Source: an uncultured Planctomycetaceae bacterium (lineage in GTDB: Bacteria > Planctomycetota > Planctomycetia > Planctomycetales > Planctomycetaceae). From it: a stretch of DNA of 64,000 bases. Position 1 is the stretch's first letter. Each line of letters starts with the position of its first letter. The DNA is taken from NCBI GenBank assembly GCA_913031625.1, contig CAJWGB010000001.1, positions 52,533 through 116,532 on the forward strand, given 5' to 3'. The notes under the pieces were generated by a model, which was given only the letters and a program-made list of their open reading frames with translations, made no database searches and was not told the origin of the DNA. Position numbers and translations under genes: made by a program. Positions 19,051 through 27,617 of the stretch are shown here, one piece after another.

Positions 19051-21158
19051 TAACGGACCTCCTTACTTCTGACCTGCTGACCTTTGCGGCGATCGCCGAC
19101 ATCGGCAGTGTTGTCATCCGTATCGTCTCAGTGATTCTGGGACTCGGTGCTGTCATCTTTTTCCATGAGCTCGGTCACTTCGCCGTCGCCAAGTGGTGCG
19201 ACGTGCACGTTGAACGTTTCAGTATCGGCATGGGGCCGATTATCTGGAGCAGGCAGTGGGGAGAAACCGAATATGCCCTGTCGGTCTTTCCGATAGGCGG
19301 CTACGTCAAGATGCTTGGTCAGGATGATACGGATCCCAGTCAGATGACCAGCGATGAGATTGCCGAGAATCCTCGGTCCTATTCATCGAAGAAAGTCTGG
19401 CAGCGAATGGCCATCATTTCTGCCGGAGTCATCATGAACGTGATTACCGGCTTCCTCTTCCACGCTGTCGCGTACTACGACGGGCTCGTGGAAGAAGTCC
19501 AGATGATCGGCAACGTAGTTCCAGGCAGTCCTGCATGGAAACAGGGGCTGCGACCTGGAGACACGATCGAGAAGGTGAACGGCGATGATGTTCAAAACTT
19601 CTCAGAGATTCAGCAGGCCGTCATCCTCAGTGGTTCTGAGCTGATGATCGAAGGCAAACGTGCGGACGGCACGCCTTTCAGCGTGACGATTGTGCCGGAG
19701 ATGCACGAACTGGCTCAACAGATTGGTTGTGGTCCCACGCAGACTTCCACGATCTCGGAAAAGGCGGACAAAGATGGAATCATCGTCGTCGGCTCGCCCG
19801 CAGAGAACGCCGAAGGCGGACCATTTTTGCCAGGTGACCGCATCGTTTCCGTGAATGGCGAAGAGGTGAACTACCTGCATGAGGTCTCGTATTACGCGAT
19901 TCGCGACATGGCTGCAGATGCTGTGTACCAGATCGAACGCTATCCCACGCGAGCAGACGGAACTCTGGACAAATCCGCAGAGCCAATAGCTTTCGAGATT
20001 ACCGTGCCGTCGCGAAAGGCACGCAGTATTGGTCTGTGGATGGCTCCCGGAAAAGTAACTGCAATTGCCAACGATTCCATTGCCGCACAGGCCGGGTTGC
20101 AGCTGAAAGACCAGATCATCAAAGTTGACGATCTGGAAGTCGGCAAGATGATCGATCCGTTGATGCTTCCGGTTTACTTTGCACAGAAGGCAGGCGAAGA
20201 AGTCAAAGTGACGGTCAATCGACCGCGTGAAGGAGATAGTCCGGAAACAGTTGACCTCACTATGGAACCGTCCGACAGAGCTGGCTGGACTGAAAAAGCG
20301 ATCGGGCTGTATGACTCAGAAAAGGATGAAGTCACTCGGCAGATTGCTCTGCCACTGACCATCCCTGCGATCGGAGCCGGGTTCCAGATCCTGCCACGCA
20401 TCGCGAACATCGTTGAAGGCAGTGAAGCATTCAAATCAAAGAAGTTTCAGATCGGTCAGAAGATCTCAAAGATCACGCTGGAACAGCGAGGCAAAGACGA
20501 GTTTGTTGAAGACCGTCTTGGCAATACAGAGACGGCTACCATCAGTCTGGACTCCGCAGACTGGGAATCAAACTGGGCATGGGCCTTTCAGCTGATTCAG
20601 CAGGCACCGGCCCGAAAAATTCGAGTGCATGTTGAGGGCGATGAGAGTGCCGGCACAAAGGGCTTCGCCTATCTGTTTAAGAACGAAGAGCAGTGTGAGG
20701 ACCTGTATGTGCTGACACGAGGCATCGGCAGTTTTGAGTCGCTGCAGCGCGTCCGCGTGGCCACAGGACCAGGAGACGCAGTCTCACTGGGTTACCGAAA
20801 GACTCGCAGCAATCTGATCAAGATCTATCAAACTCTGACATCACTCTTTAGTGGTCGCCTTTCCATTCGCGCCTTCAGTGGTCCGGTTGGGATCGGCAAG
20901 ATCGCGTACAAACAGGCAGACAGCGGCCTTGCTAGTCTCTTTGACTTTCTCGGTTTCCTGAGCATCAATCTTGCCGTGATCAACTTCCTGCCGATTCCGG
21001 TTCTGGACGGTGGTCACATGGTGTTCCTGCTGTATGAAGGCGTGACTCGCCGAAAGCCAAACGAGAATGTTATTAAGTACGCGATCACACTGGGTCTGAT
21101 CATGATTGCGTCGCTGTTCGCTCTGGTCATGTACCTTGACCTGTTCGTGAACAACTAA
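19038..21158 (+). CDS. rseP: RIP metalloprotease (site-2 protease) with multiple PDZ domains
   Basis: HELGH zinc motif, FSIGMG, PIGGYVKM, AGVIMN, SGPVGI and NFLPIPVLDGGH. Conserved position directly after dxr, with GTG start overlapping the dxr end. Confidence 0.93.
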   Translation: MDTLITDLLTSDLLTFAAIADIGSVVIRIVSVILGLGAVIFFHELGHFAVAKWCDVHVERFSIGMGPIIWSRQWGETEYALSVFPIGGYVKMLGQDDTDPSQMTSDEIAENPRSYSSKKVWQRMAIISAGVIMNVITGFLFHAVAYYDGLVEEVQMIGNVVPGSPAWKQGLRPGDTIEKVNGDDVQNFSEIQQAVILSGSELMIEGKRADGTPFSVTIVPEMHELAQQIGCGPTQTSTISEKADKDGIIVVGSPAENAEGGPFLPGDRIVSVNGEEVNYLHEVSYYAIRDMAADAVYQIERYPTRADGTLDKSAEPIAFEITVPSRKARSIGLWMAPGKVTAIANDSIAAQAGLQLKDQIIKVDDLEVGKMIDPLMLPVYFAQKAGEEVKVTVNRPREGDSPETVDLTMEPSDRAGWTEKAIGLYDSEKDEVTRQIALPLTIPAIGAGFQILPRIANIVEGSEAFKSKKFQIGQKISKITLEQRGKDEFVEDRLGNTETATISLDSADWESNWAWAFQLIQQAPARKIRVHVEGDESAGTKGFAYLFKNEEQCEDLYVLTRGIGSFESLQRVRVATGPGDAVSLGYRKTRSNLIKIYQTLTSLFSGRLSIRAFSGPVGIGKIAYKQADSGLASLFDFLGFLSINLAVINFLPIPVLDGGHMVFLLYEGVTRRKPNENVIKYAITLGLIMIASLFALVMYLDLFVNN

Positions 21159-21248
21159 CCAGGTTGCACGAGATAGCAGCGTGATACAGGCCCGCAGTGT
21201 CAGCATGGGAGCGATTCGCTTTCTTGCGCTCCGGGTTAGTGTTGGCTA

Positions 21249-21382
21249 AGGCTCTGTTTAACAAATCAAAATGGGCCTGTGCAGGACAGGGTTAAGAGGA
21301 CGACTGCCCACTGTTCTTCGGTCTTTGAGCAGGCCTGCAAACTCGCTGAATGATTCCGTTTTGGTTTAATCAAACGGGGCCT
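21249..21382. mobile_element. MITE-like non-autonomous element (~134 bp) with imperfect terminal inverted repeats
   Basis: Left end AGGCTCTGTTTAACAAATCAAAA versus reverse-complemented right end AGGCCCCGTTTGATTAAACCAAAA (18/24). A homologous copy lies at 15176-15255. Confidence 0.6.
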
Positions 21383-21463
21383 GGGCGATAAGGACATTTG
21401 GGAAACGCTGTGGTTCACCAGATCGCCAGACTCAGATGACCGCATGTGAGTCTCTTTGGGCCT

Positions 21464-21500
21464 GTTTAACCGGAAGCCGCAGGCACACGCGGGCTTCCGG
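21464..21500. repeat. Dispersed palindromic repeat, copy 1
   Basis: Stem CCGGAAGCC...GGCTTCCGG (21470-21500). Positions 21464-21491 match 60839-60866 at 23/28. Confidence 0.5.
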
Positions 21501-21537
21501 CCATACGAAGGGTCTCCGGGTGACCCTTTGAAGGGAC

Positions 21538-21654
21538 GTCAGGTTTCAACCTGACAGGAGCGATCCCGGAACATTGATTGTCAGCAACACGGAGCACAGG
21601 CAAGTCCGTTTCAGGTGGCGGCCAGACGGAGGTAGCGTCAGATTGAAACCTGAC
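21538..21654. repeat. Inverted pair of REP-like palindromes (REPIN-like doublet)
   Basis: GTCAGGTTTCAACCTGAC (21538-21555, itself a hairpin) and GTCAGATTGAAACCTGAC (21637-21654) are 17/18 identical in inverted orientation, with an 81-nt spacer. Confidence 0.6.
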
Positions 21655-21709
21655 CTGGCTGAGCTTCCGTGAGTCTCGGGATGCTTCCTTAGTTCGTTGT
21701 GGAGTGGCC

Positions 21710-21743
21710 AAAGAAAAAGGGCCGGCGTTGAATGCCGGCCCTT
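21710..21743 (-). terminator. Rho-independent terminator of the HTH/acidic-repeat gene
   Basis: Perfect 10-bp stem AAGGGCCGGC/GCCGGCCCTT with a 7-nt loop, followed by a U-rich tail on the minus strand, about 25 nt after the stop codon. Confidence 0.85.
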
Positions 21744-21767
21744 CGGGAGTCAATTTGTCAGGAAGGC

Positions 21768-23807
21768 CTATTTCCCAAACATGCCGCCGACCATGTCGAG
21801 CAGGAATGAGGTTGATTCCTGACCCTGTGTCCACATCCACATGGATCGAACAAGCTCGACACCGACAAAGGCACAGGTTGCTGCCAGCAGTGCTCCGAAT
21901 GTCACGAAGGTAGTCCACATGCCACCCCACGGACGATCCTGAACCATCCAGCCTGCAGGAGCAGCCGCCCCTGCTGCCTGAGAGAAGTCGCCTCCGACCT
22001 GGCTCTCGCCGGATTCAAAGCCATCATCATCATCGTCGTCATCGTCGGCGTCCCAGACGTTATCCATCTCGTCGCCTTCGAAGTCTTCGTCGAAGTCTTC
22101 GCCGTCGAATTCGTCTTCGTAGCTGTCATCGCCGAAGTCATCTGCTCCGGTGTCAGACAGATCAAACTCTTCGCCCTGAGTGTCTTCATCGAATGTCAGA
22201 ACGCTGGTCTCGGTGCCATCGAAGTCGTCGTCGTCATCGAGGCCGGCGAGTTCAAACTCACTGTCTTCTCCCACGACTTCGTCCGGCATATCCATCTGCA
22301 TGGTGCCCGCTGTGTTACCCAATGCAGCAGCTCCGGGAATCGCGGCCATTGGCTGAGTGCTCTGAACGTCTGCGTCCAGGGAGATGCCGCTGTCATCGTC
22401 TTCAAACAGAGCAATGCCACTGTCAGGAGCGTCCAGCGTGATGCCGCTGTCGTCGTCAACATCGAGTGTGATGCCACTGTCGTCGCCGAGGGTTGCTCCG
22501 CTGTCCAGTGCTTCAAGGTTGATCCCACTGTCGTCCACGTCAAGGCTGATACCGCTGTCACCTGCGTCGAGCGTGATTCCACTCTCGTCTGCGTCCAGGA
22601 CAATGTCTCCGCCCGCTTCGAGTGTGATGCCACTCTCGTCCTGGTTGATCAGTTTCAGGTCGCTGTCCTGAGGCAGCGACATGGCTACGGTTGCACCCTG
22701 GTCGAATGCGGGTGGGGCATCTGCCAGCCGAATGTCACTGTCTGTGCGATCCAGCCCGGCGAGTGCGACGTCACTGTCGCTGTCTTTTGCACCGGATGCC
22801 GGAGAATCAACAAGGTGCACGTCACTGTCCGAGTCCACTTCAAGCACGACATTTGAATCATCGCCACCGCCAAGTGCCACGTCGCTTGCTGAGTCGAGCC
22901 CCATGACTTTGGAGTCGTCTGCCAGACGAAGATCACTGTCCGCATCGACACCTGTCAGTTCTGCCAGAGAAGCGCTGCTGTCGTCGCCGGTTGAAAGGCG
23001 AACATCGCTGTCTGAATCGGAGAGCGATCGAGGCTCGTCTGCCGAGTCATCGCTAAGCACAGAACCGCCGGCCATCAGGCGAATGTCACTGTCTGTAGCG
23101 CCGGCGTTGCTCAGCGCGATATCGCTGTCAGTGTCGAGTCCCTGAAGCAGATGAGAGCCCTCATCCGAGCCTGCGGAAGCTGCTGGAATTCGGACATCGC
23201 TGTCTGAATCACTCCCGGGGGGCAGGCTGGAGCTGTCACTCGATTCGCGACTCGGCAGACCAGACAGATCAATATCCGGATCGGTTCCGCTCTGGCCGGC
23301 ACTGGGAGATGGGGCAGCACCTGTAAGTCGAACATCACTGTCCGAGTCGTAGTCGCCTTCTCCCTCGCTGAAGTCGAGTACACTTGTCCCCGCAAGGTCT
23401 TTGTCTGAATCGTCCGTCAGCTGAATGTCGCTGTCCGTTGACGGAGAAGAATCTGAAATCGCGTCGTCAGCAGACAGTCGGACGTCACTGTCTGAAGAAC
23501 TCAGATCAACACCGTCGACCATCTGAACATCGCTGTCCGAGTCTGAGTTTACCAGCTGGATGTCACTGTCTGAGTCACCGGAATTCGCTTCGTCACCCAG
23601 GAAATCTTCGTCGAACATCGGGATATCCGGCGACGAATCAACCTGTTGCGATCGGCCGTACTCCTCAATGTCCGCTTCAAGGAACTTCCAGCTGCCCTGG
23701 TCTGCGAAACCACGGACCTGTCCCTGTTCCCGCACGGCTGAAAGTTCGTCTGCGGAAAGACCCAGACGTTCAGCTGCTTCCTCGAGGGTGATGTACTTCT
23801 TAGCCAT
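21768..23807 (-). CDS. Helix-turn-helix (excisionase/MerR-like) protein with a long acidic repeat region and C-terminal transmembrane helix
   Basis: N-terminus YITLEEAAERLGLS...GSWKF, central DSD(I/V)xL and DSGIxL repeats, C-terminal hydrophobic WTTFVTFGALLAATCAFVGV. Confidence 0.85.
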   Translation of the reverse strand: MAKKYITLEEAAERLGLSADELSAVREQGQVRGFADQGSWKFLEADIEEYGRSQQVDSSPDIPMFDEDFLGDEANSGDSDSDIQLVNSDSDSDVQMVDGVDLSSSDSDVRLSADDAISDSSPSTDSDIQLTDDSDKDLAGTSVLDFSEGEGDYDSDSDVRLTGAAPSPSAGQSGTDPDIDLSGLPSRESSDSSSLPPGSDSDSDVRIPAASAGSDEGSHLLQGLDTDSDIALSNAGATDSDIRLMAGGSVLSDDSADEPRSLSDSDSDVRLSTGDDSSASLAELTGVDADSDLRLADDSKVMGLDSASDVALGGGDDSNVVLEVDSDSDVHLVDSPASGAKDSDSDVALAGLDRTDSDIRLADAPPAFDQGATVAMSLPQDSDLKLINQDESGITLEAGGDIVLDADESGITLDAGDSGISLDVDDSGINLEALDSGATLGDDSGITLDVDDDSGITLDAPDSGIALFEDDDSGISLDADVQSTQPMAAIPGAAALGNTAGTMQMDMPDEVVGEDSEFELAGLDDDDDFDGTETSVLTFDEDTQGEEFDLSDTGADDFGDDSYEDEFDGEDFDEDFEGDEMDNVWDADDDDDDDDGFESGESQVGGDFSQAAGAAAPAGWMVQDRPWGGMWTTFVTFGALLAATCAFVGVELVRSMWMWTQGQESTSFLLDMVGGMFGK
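22380..22640 (-). repeat. Degenerate coding tandem repeat (~27-30 nt period) encoding (D/E)SGIxL units
   Basis: Recurrent plus-strand ATGCC(G/A)CTGTC(G/A)TC-like units corresponding to nine SG(I/A)xL peptides. Confidence 0.7.
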
Positions 23808-24461
23808 GTTACGAATGACTCCTGGCGGAGGTCTGCCAACCGGGTGATTAAATGCTGACAGCCGATCAAGTCAGATGTCAGAGAGCGTATCAGTGGGGAA
23901 ACTGAGAAACACACGCGGAGTCAGCGGAGGATTGCCAGGCAACTCATAACGCAGATTGTTGACGTATCTTCTCGAGCTTTCCCAATTCTAAATCTCAAAA
24001 TAGTGGATGCAAGTTCTTTGTCCTGTCACCCCGGCCAGCCCTCGACCGAGGCCGATCAATCCATCAATCGCCGGTGCCGCCCTGTTGGTTGTTATTCTGA
24101 AACAACCGTTCGAATCCTGATAATTGCTGCAGCCGGACTCCTCACGAGGGATATTCTGCCGCCTGGCGCATGACACGTGGGGTGAAATCGGCATGCATGG
24201 TTTCCGTACTTAAGCCCTCCGTAAACCGGGAGGCTTCTGCCAGTTCTGCCGATTCCTGCGAACCATTCTGCAATTCCTGCCGATCTTTTCCAGACCAACA
24301 TCCCTGAAGTGCCTCAGATCGCTGTTACGCCCCCCATTTCGGCGCGGCTGAGTTATTAAAATGGGTGCACAGGCCCTGCCTGTGTATGACTCAGACTGAC
24401 GTGCCAGAGAGAGCCAATGGAATCCAGCGTCGCAGACGCTGACCTTCCGGAAACGCTGCTG

Positions 24462-26015
24462 CTATTTGGATTCAGCAGCCGCACTGGCAAGGTGCCGGCC
24501 GGCAAGGCGACCACTCGTCATCGCCCATGCGATATGTAGCCCGTGTCCCCAAAGGATCTGGCCTCCGAGGCCCGTCTGCCCGACTGCATAGAGACCCCTG
24601 ATTGCTTCGCCATTCTCGTCAAGGACTTCGAACCGCTGACTAATGGCGGCTCCTCCCTCAGTTGTTGTGAACCATGAGCGAACGGGCCCCATGAGCACCC
24701 AGTCTTCTGATTGCTCAGGGAAGGCGTCTGCAGCTGACCGTTCCAGTGCTGAAGCCGGGATCCCATGAACTGAGGCCACACGTCTGAGAGACCCCTTTAC
24801 CGTTACATCAGGCCGCAGTCGCAGGTAGTCATGGACGTAGGCATAGGCGATTCTGGGGGCGGTTGAGACGAAGCACGGCCACGCGGAGTATTTCCGGATC
24901 AGCTGTTCATTCAGGAGCAGAAAGGCGTCGCCGGCAGGCTGTGCTGCCACTTTCAACTCTCGCTCGGGTGTTTGCCGCTCGTCACAGAATCGCAATCCCT
25001 CACGATTCACAAGAATCGCTCCATCGTCAAACAGGCTGTCTTCGGGGTGCTGCCACGTCACCAGCAATCGTTTTGTCATGGCACGCACCAAACCGTCTGG
25101 CACCAGCGGCAGCAGCCACCTTGACAGTCGATTCATCAACGAGCCTGCCGGAAGTCGTGTCAGCAGGGACCCCCGTTTAGAAACCACAAATCGGAGCTCC
25201 GGTCCGTATGTTATCCCCATGTTCGTAAGGCTGCCGCCTGCGGCTTCCACCATTCGATGACCATCTCCTCTGGCGTGTGGGTTAATGCCCTGCACGTGCG
25301 AGTATTCTGTGCCTTTGAAACGAGCGATCAGGTCAGGGGCTGAGGCGTAGTCGCCGGCCGCGAGCACCACGCCGCGAACGGCGGATACTTCGTGCAGTGT
25401 TCCGTTGTAGTGAACTCGAACACCGATGACTCTTTGATCCGCATCCTGAATCAGCGACTGGACATCTGCGTTTTCACGCAGCGTTCCACCGAACCGGGTC
25501 AGCTGGGAGCAAAGTGTTGCGATGTATGCTTCCGCACGCGGTACGACGTTGTGCATTCGGGGAACCCGGTTGGGCGGTTCCGGGACAGGCCCGTGAAACG
25601 TCAGGCCCATGCCCATCAGCCATTGCAGCGTTTCGGCCGCATGCTCCAGAAAGAACTCCCGCAGCTCATGATTGTTGTGAGCTTCAATCTCCTGTGGCGC
25701 AAACCGCCCCGCGTCAATCGCATGGTCAGTGACACTGTCGTTGATATCGGCGCTGGCCTGGAGACTCGTTCCAGCGGCGGTAAACGACCCGACAGCGATT
25801 CCGGTTGTGCCTCCGGACCGGGCCTGCTTTTCCAGTACGAGAACCCGTGCTCCATTTTGAGCCGCGCTCACCGCTGCCGCCAGGCCGCTGCCTCCTGCTC
25901 CGACAACGATGATGTCGAACTCTGTGTCCAACCCGATTTGCCCCACATGCACGGCGCCTGATGTGTTTTCAGCCTCGGCTCTGGCCGTTTGTTGCGAACT
26001 ATTTGTCCGCCGCAC
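24462..26015 (-). CDS. FAD-dependent oxidoreductase (FAD_binding_2; fumarate reductase flavoprotein/3-ketosteroid dehydrogenase-like)
   Basis: DIIVVGAGGSGLAAA...VLEK..GGTT, VVLAAG, GDGHRM, TTEGG and GLYAVG. The start codon is uncertain. Confidence 0.85.
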   Translation of the reverse strand: MRRTNSSQQTARAEAENTSGAVHVGQIGLDTEFDIIVVGAGGSGLAAAVSAAQNGARVLVLEKQARSGGTTGIAVGSFTAAGTSLQASADINDSVTDHAIDAGRFAPQEIEAHNNHELREFFLEHAAETLQWLMGMGLTFHGPVPEPPNRVPRMHNVVPRAEAYIATLCSQLTRFGGTLRENADVQSLIQDADQRVIGVRVHYNGTLHEVSAVRGVVLAAGDYASAPDLIARFKGTEYSHVQGINPHARGDGHRMVEAAGGSLTNMGITYGPELRFVVSKRGSLLTRLPAGSLMNRLSRWLLPLVPDGLVRAMTKRLLVTWQHPEDSLFDDGAILVNREGLRFCDERQTPERELKVAAQPAGDAFLLLNEQLIRKYSAWPCFVSTAPRIAYAYVHDYLRLRPDVTVKGSLRRVASVHGIPASALERSAADAFPEQSEDWVLMGPVRSWFTTTEGGAAISQRFEVLDENGEAIRGLYAVGQTGLGGQILWGHGLHIAWAMTSGRLAGRHLASAAAESK

Positions 26016-27615
26016 CGCCCAGTGTCACCGTAATTTTATATTGGTTCTGCAGGTGAGTATGTGCCTGGCTGGCGTAGCGGTCTTTGGGGTAATTGCGGCA
26101 TACCTGCTGAAAGGTGCGGATTGCCGACTCTTTTTTGCCCGCCTTTTCGTAGGTGTAGCCAATCTGAAGCATTGCCCATGGCGCTGATTTGGGAGCCCCA
26201 CCAACAATCTGGTTGTATAGAATGACGGCTTCGTTGTATTCCTTCAATGCCCGATGGCAGGACGCCATCTCCTGATAGTTCGTCGGGAAGTTGTTGCACT
26301 GACGGTAGAAGCCGATTGCTTCCCTGTACTTACCCGCGTACCGATGGCAGGTGGCGATCTGCCACATCCATTTCTCTGTATTCTCCGGGTCGCTCTTCAA
26401 CAGTTCGGTATAGACGGCAATTGCTTCCGGATACTTCTTTGCGTCGACCCATGTGCCTGCGATCTGAGCTGTCCACTGAGTGGGATTCTCCGTGTCGGCC
26501 GCCACGTTCTTCTGATAGGCAGCAACGGCAGCCTGATAATTCTGCTGCTGACGGTAACTCTGAGCCACCTGATTCTGGCCCTCAAGGCGGTCTTCGAACT
26601 TCTGAAACTGCTGACGTGCGGCGTCCCACCGATCTGTTGTCTTGTACCAGTTTCCGAGTCGCAGCAGAGTTTCATCGGACGCACCAAACTTCTTCAGGAT
26701 GTCGTCATAAATCTCCCGGACCTTCTGCTCACGCCCGGATACCGCCTGCAGATCAACCATCGCGTAATACTGACTCCTTGCCAATTGCTTTTCCTGATCC
26801 GTGGTGCCGATCTCCGGCAGATGAGTCCGAATCCATGTGACTCCAGTGTCGATGACCTGCAGACCACGCTTCTGAGTTTTGTCGTCTTTCAGCAGACGCC
26901 CGGCGGCGCTCCCTGCGTAAGCACGAATCTGTTCCGGCATCTGCTCTTCCGCGTAGGTTGATTCAAGGGCATTAATACCGTCTTCGAATGAACCAAACTC
27001 GAAGGACCAGGTTGCCAGTTGCTGGGAAGCCTGCACACAGATATTTTTTGCTTCCTTGCTGCGCGTTGTCTCGAAGGTCAAACGCTTCCAGAGTTGAACG
27101 CGCGCCTTTTCATCCCTGCTGATCGTGGTCAGATCAATCAGATCGACTGTGGCATAAACAGCAGCCAGGTGTTTTGGATAGTCTTCAAGGACCAGTTGAT
27201 ACGCTTTCTTTGCTTTGCGTATTTCTCCAATATCCTTGTAAGCCTGCCCGATAAAGTAAGTTGCCGCAACCGCCTCGGGAGCATCCGGCCAGTAGTCAAC
27301 GACAGACTGAAAGCCCTCTTTGATCGCCGTGTTGTGTTTCTTCAATTGAACCTGACAGAGACTCCACTTGAGTTGCGAATATGCCGCCCCCTCACTTGTC
27401 TCGTACAACGTCAGGAACTTTTCATACTCAGCCGCTGCCACCTTGTAGTTCTTCTCTCGGTAGTACTTCTCCGCGATGTTCAACTGGTAACGCTCGACCT
27501 CTCGCAGTTTGGCCCAGCGGTCGAGGGATAGTTCGTCAAGCCGATCAGCCCCCGCTGGAGCGGCAGCAAACAGGCTAATCGCGAGAGCAGCAGGCAGTAC
27601 TTTGGCAACGTTCAT
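25999..27615 (-). CDS. Secreted tetratricopeptide repeat protein
   Basis: SD AAGGAAG before ATG 27615, signal peptide MNVAKVLPAALAISLFAAAPAGA, and many TPR helices (YKVAAAEYEKFLTLY, AMLQIGYTYEKAGKKESAIRTFQQV). Confidence 0.88.
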   Translation of the reverse strand: MNVAKVLPAALAISLFAAAPAGADRLDELSLDRWAKLREVERYQLNIAEKYYREKNYKVAAAEYEKFLTLYETSEGAAYSQLKWSLCQVQLKKHNTAIKEGFQSVVDYWPDAPEAVAATYFIGQAYKDIGEIRKAKKAYQLVLEDYPKHLAAVYATVDLIDLTTISRDEKARVQLWKRLTFETTRSKEAKNICVQASQQLATWSFEFGSFEDGINALESTYAEEQMPEQIRAYAGSAAGRLLKDDKTQKRGLQVIDTGVTWIRTHLPEIGTTDQEKQLARSQYYAMVDLQAVSGREQKVREIYDDILKKFGASDETLLRLGNWYKTTDRWDAARQQFQKFEDRLEGQNQVAQSYRQQQNYQAAVAAYQKNVAADTENPTQWTAQIAGTWVDAKKYPEAIAVYTELLKSDPENTEKWMWQIATCHRYAGKYREAIGFYRQCNNFPTNYQEMASCHRALKEYNEAVILYNQIVGGAPKSAPWAMLQIGYTYEKAGKKESAIRTFQQVCRNYPKDRYASQAHTHLQNQYKITVTLGGAADK

Positions 27616-27617
27616 GA

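Noticed and set aside
22380-23600. Recurrent GTCACTGTC/GCTGTC-type units, considered as a CRISPR or noncoding array
   Set aside because: The repeats are degenerate at third codon positions, irregularly spaced and fully explained by DSD/DSG peptide repeats. No cas genes are present.
24108-24117. GTTCGAATCC resembling a tRNA T-loop
   Set aside because: No acceptor, D or anticodon stems can be formed around it.
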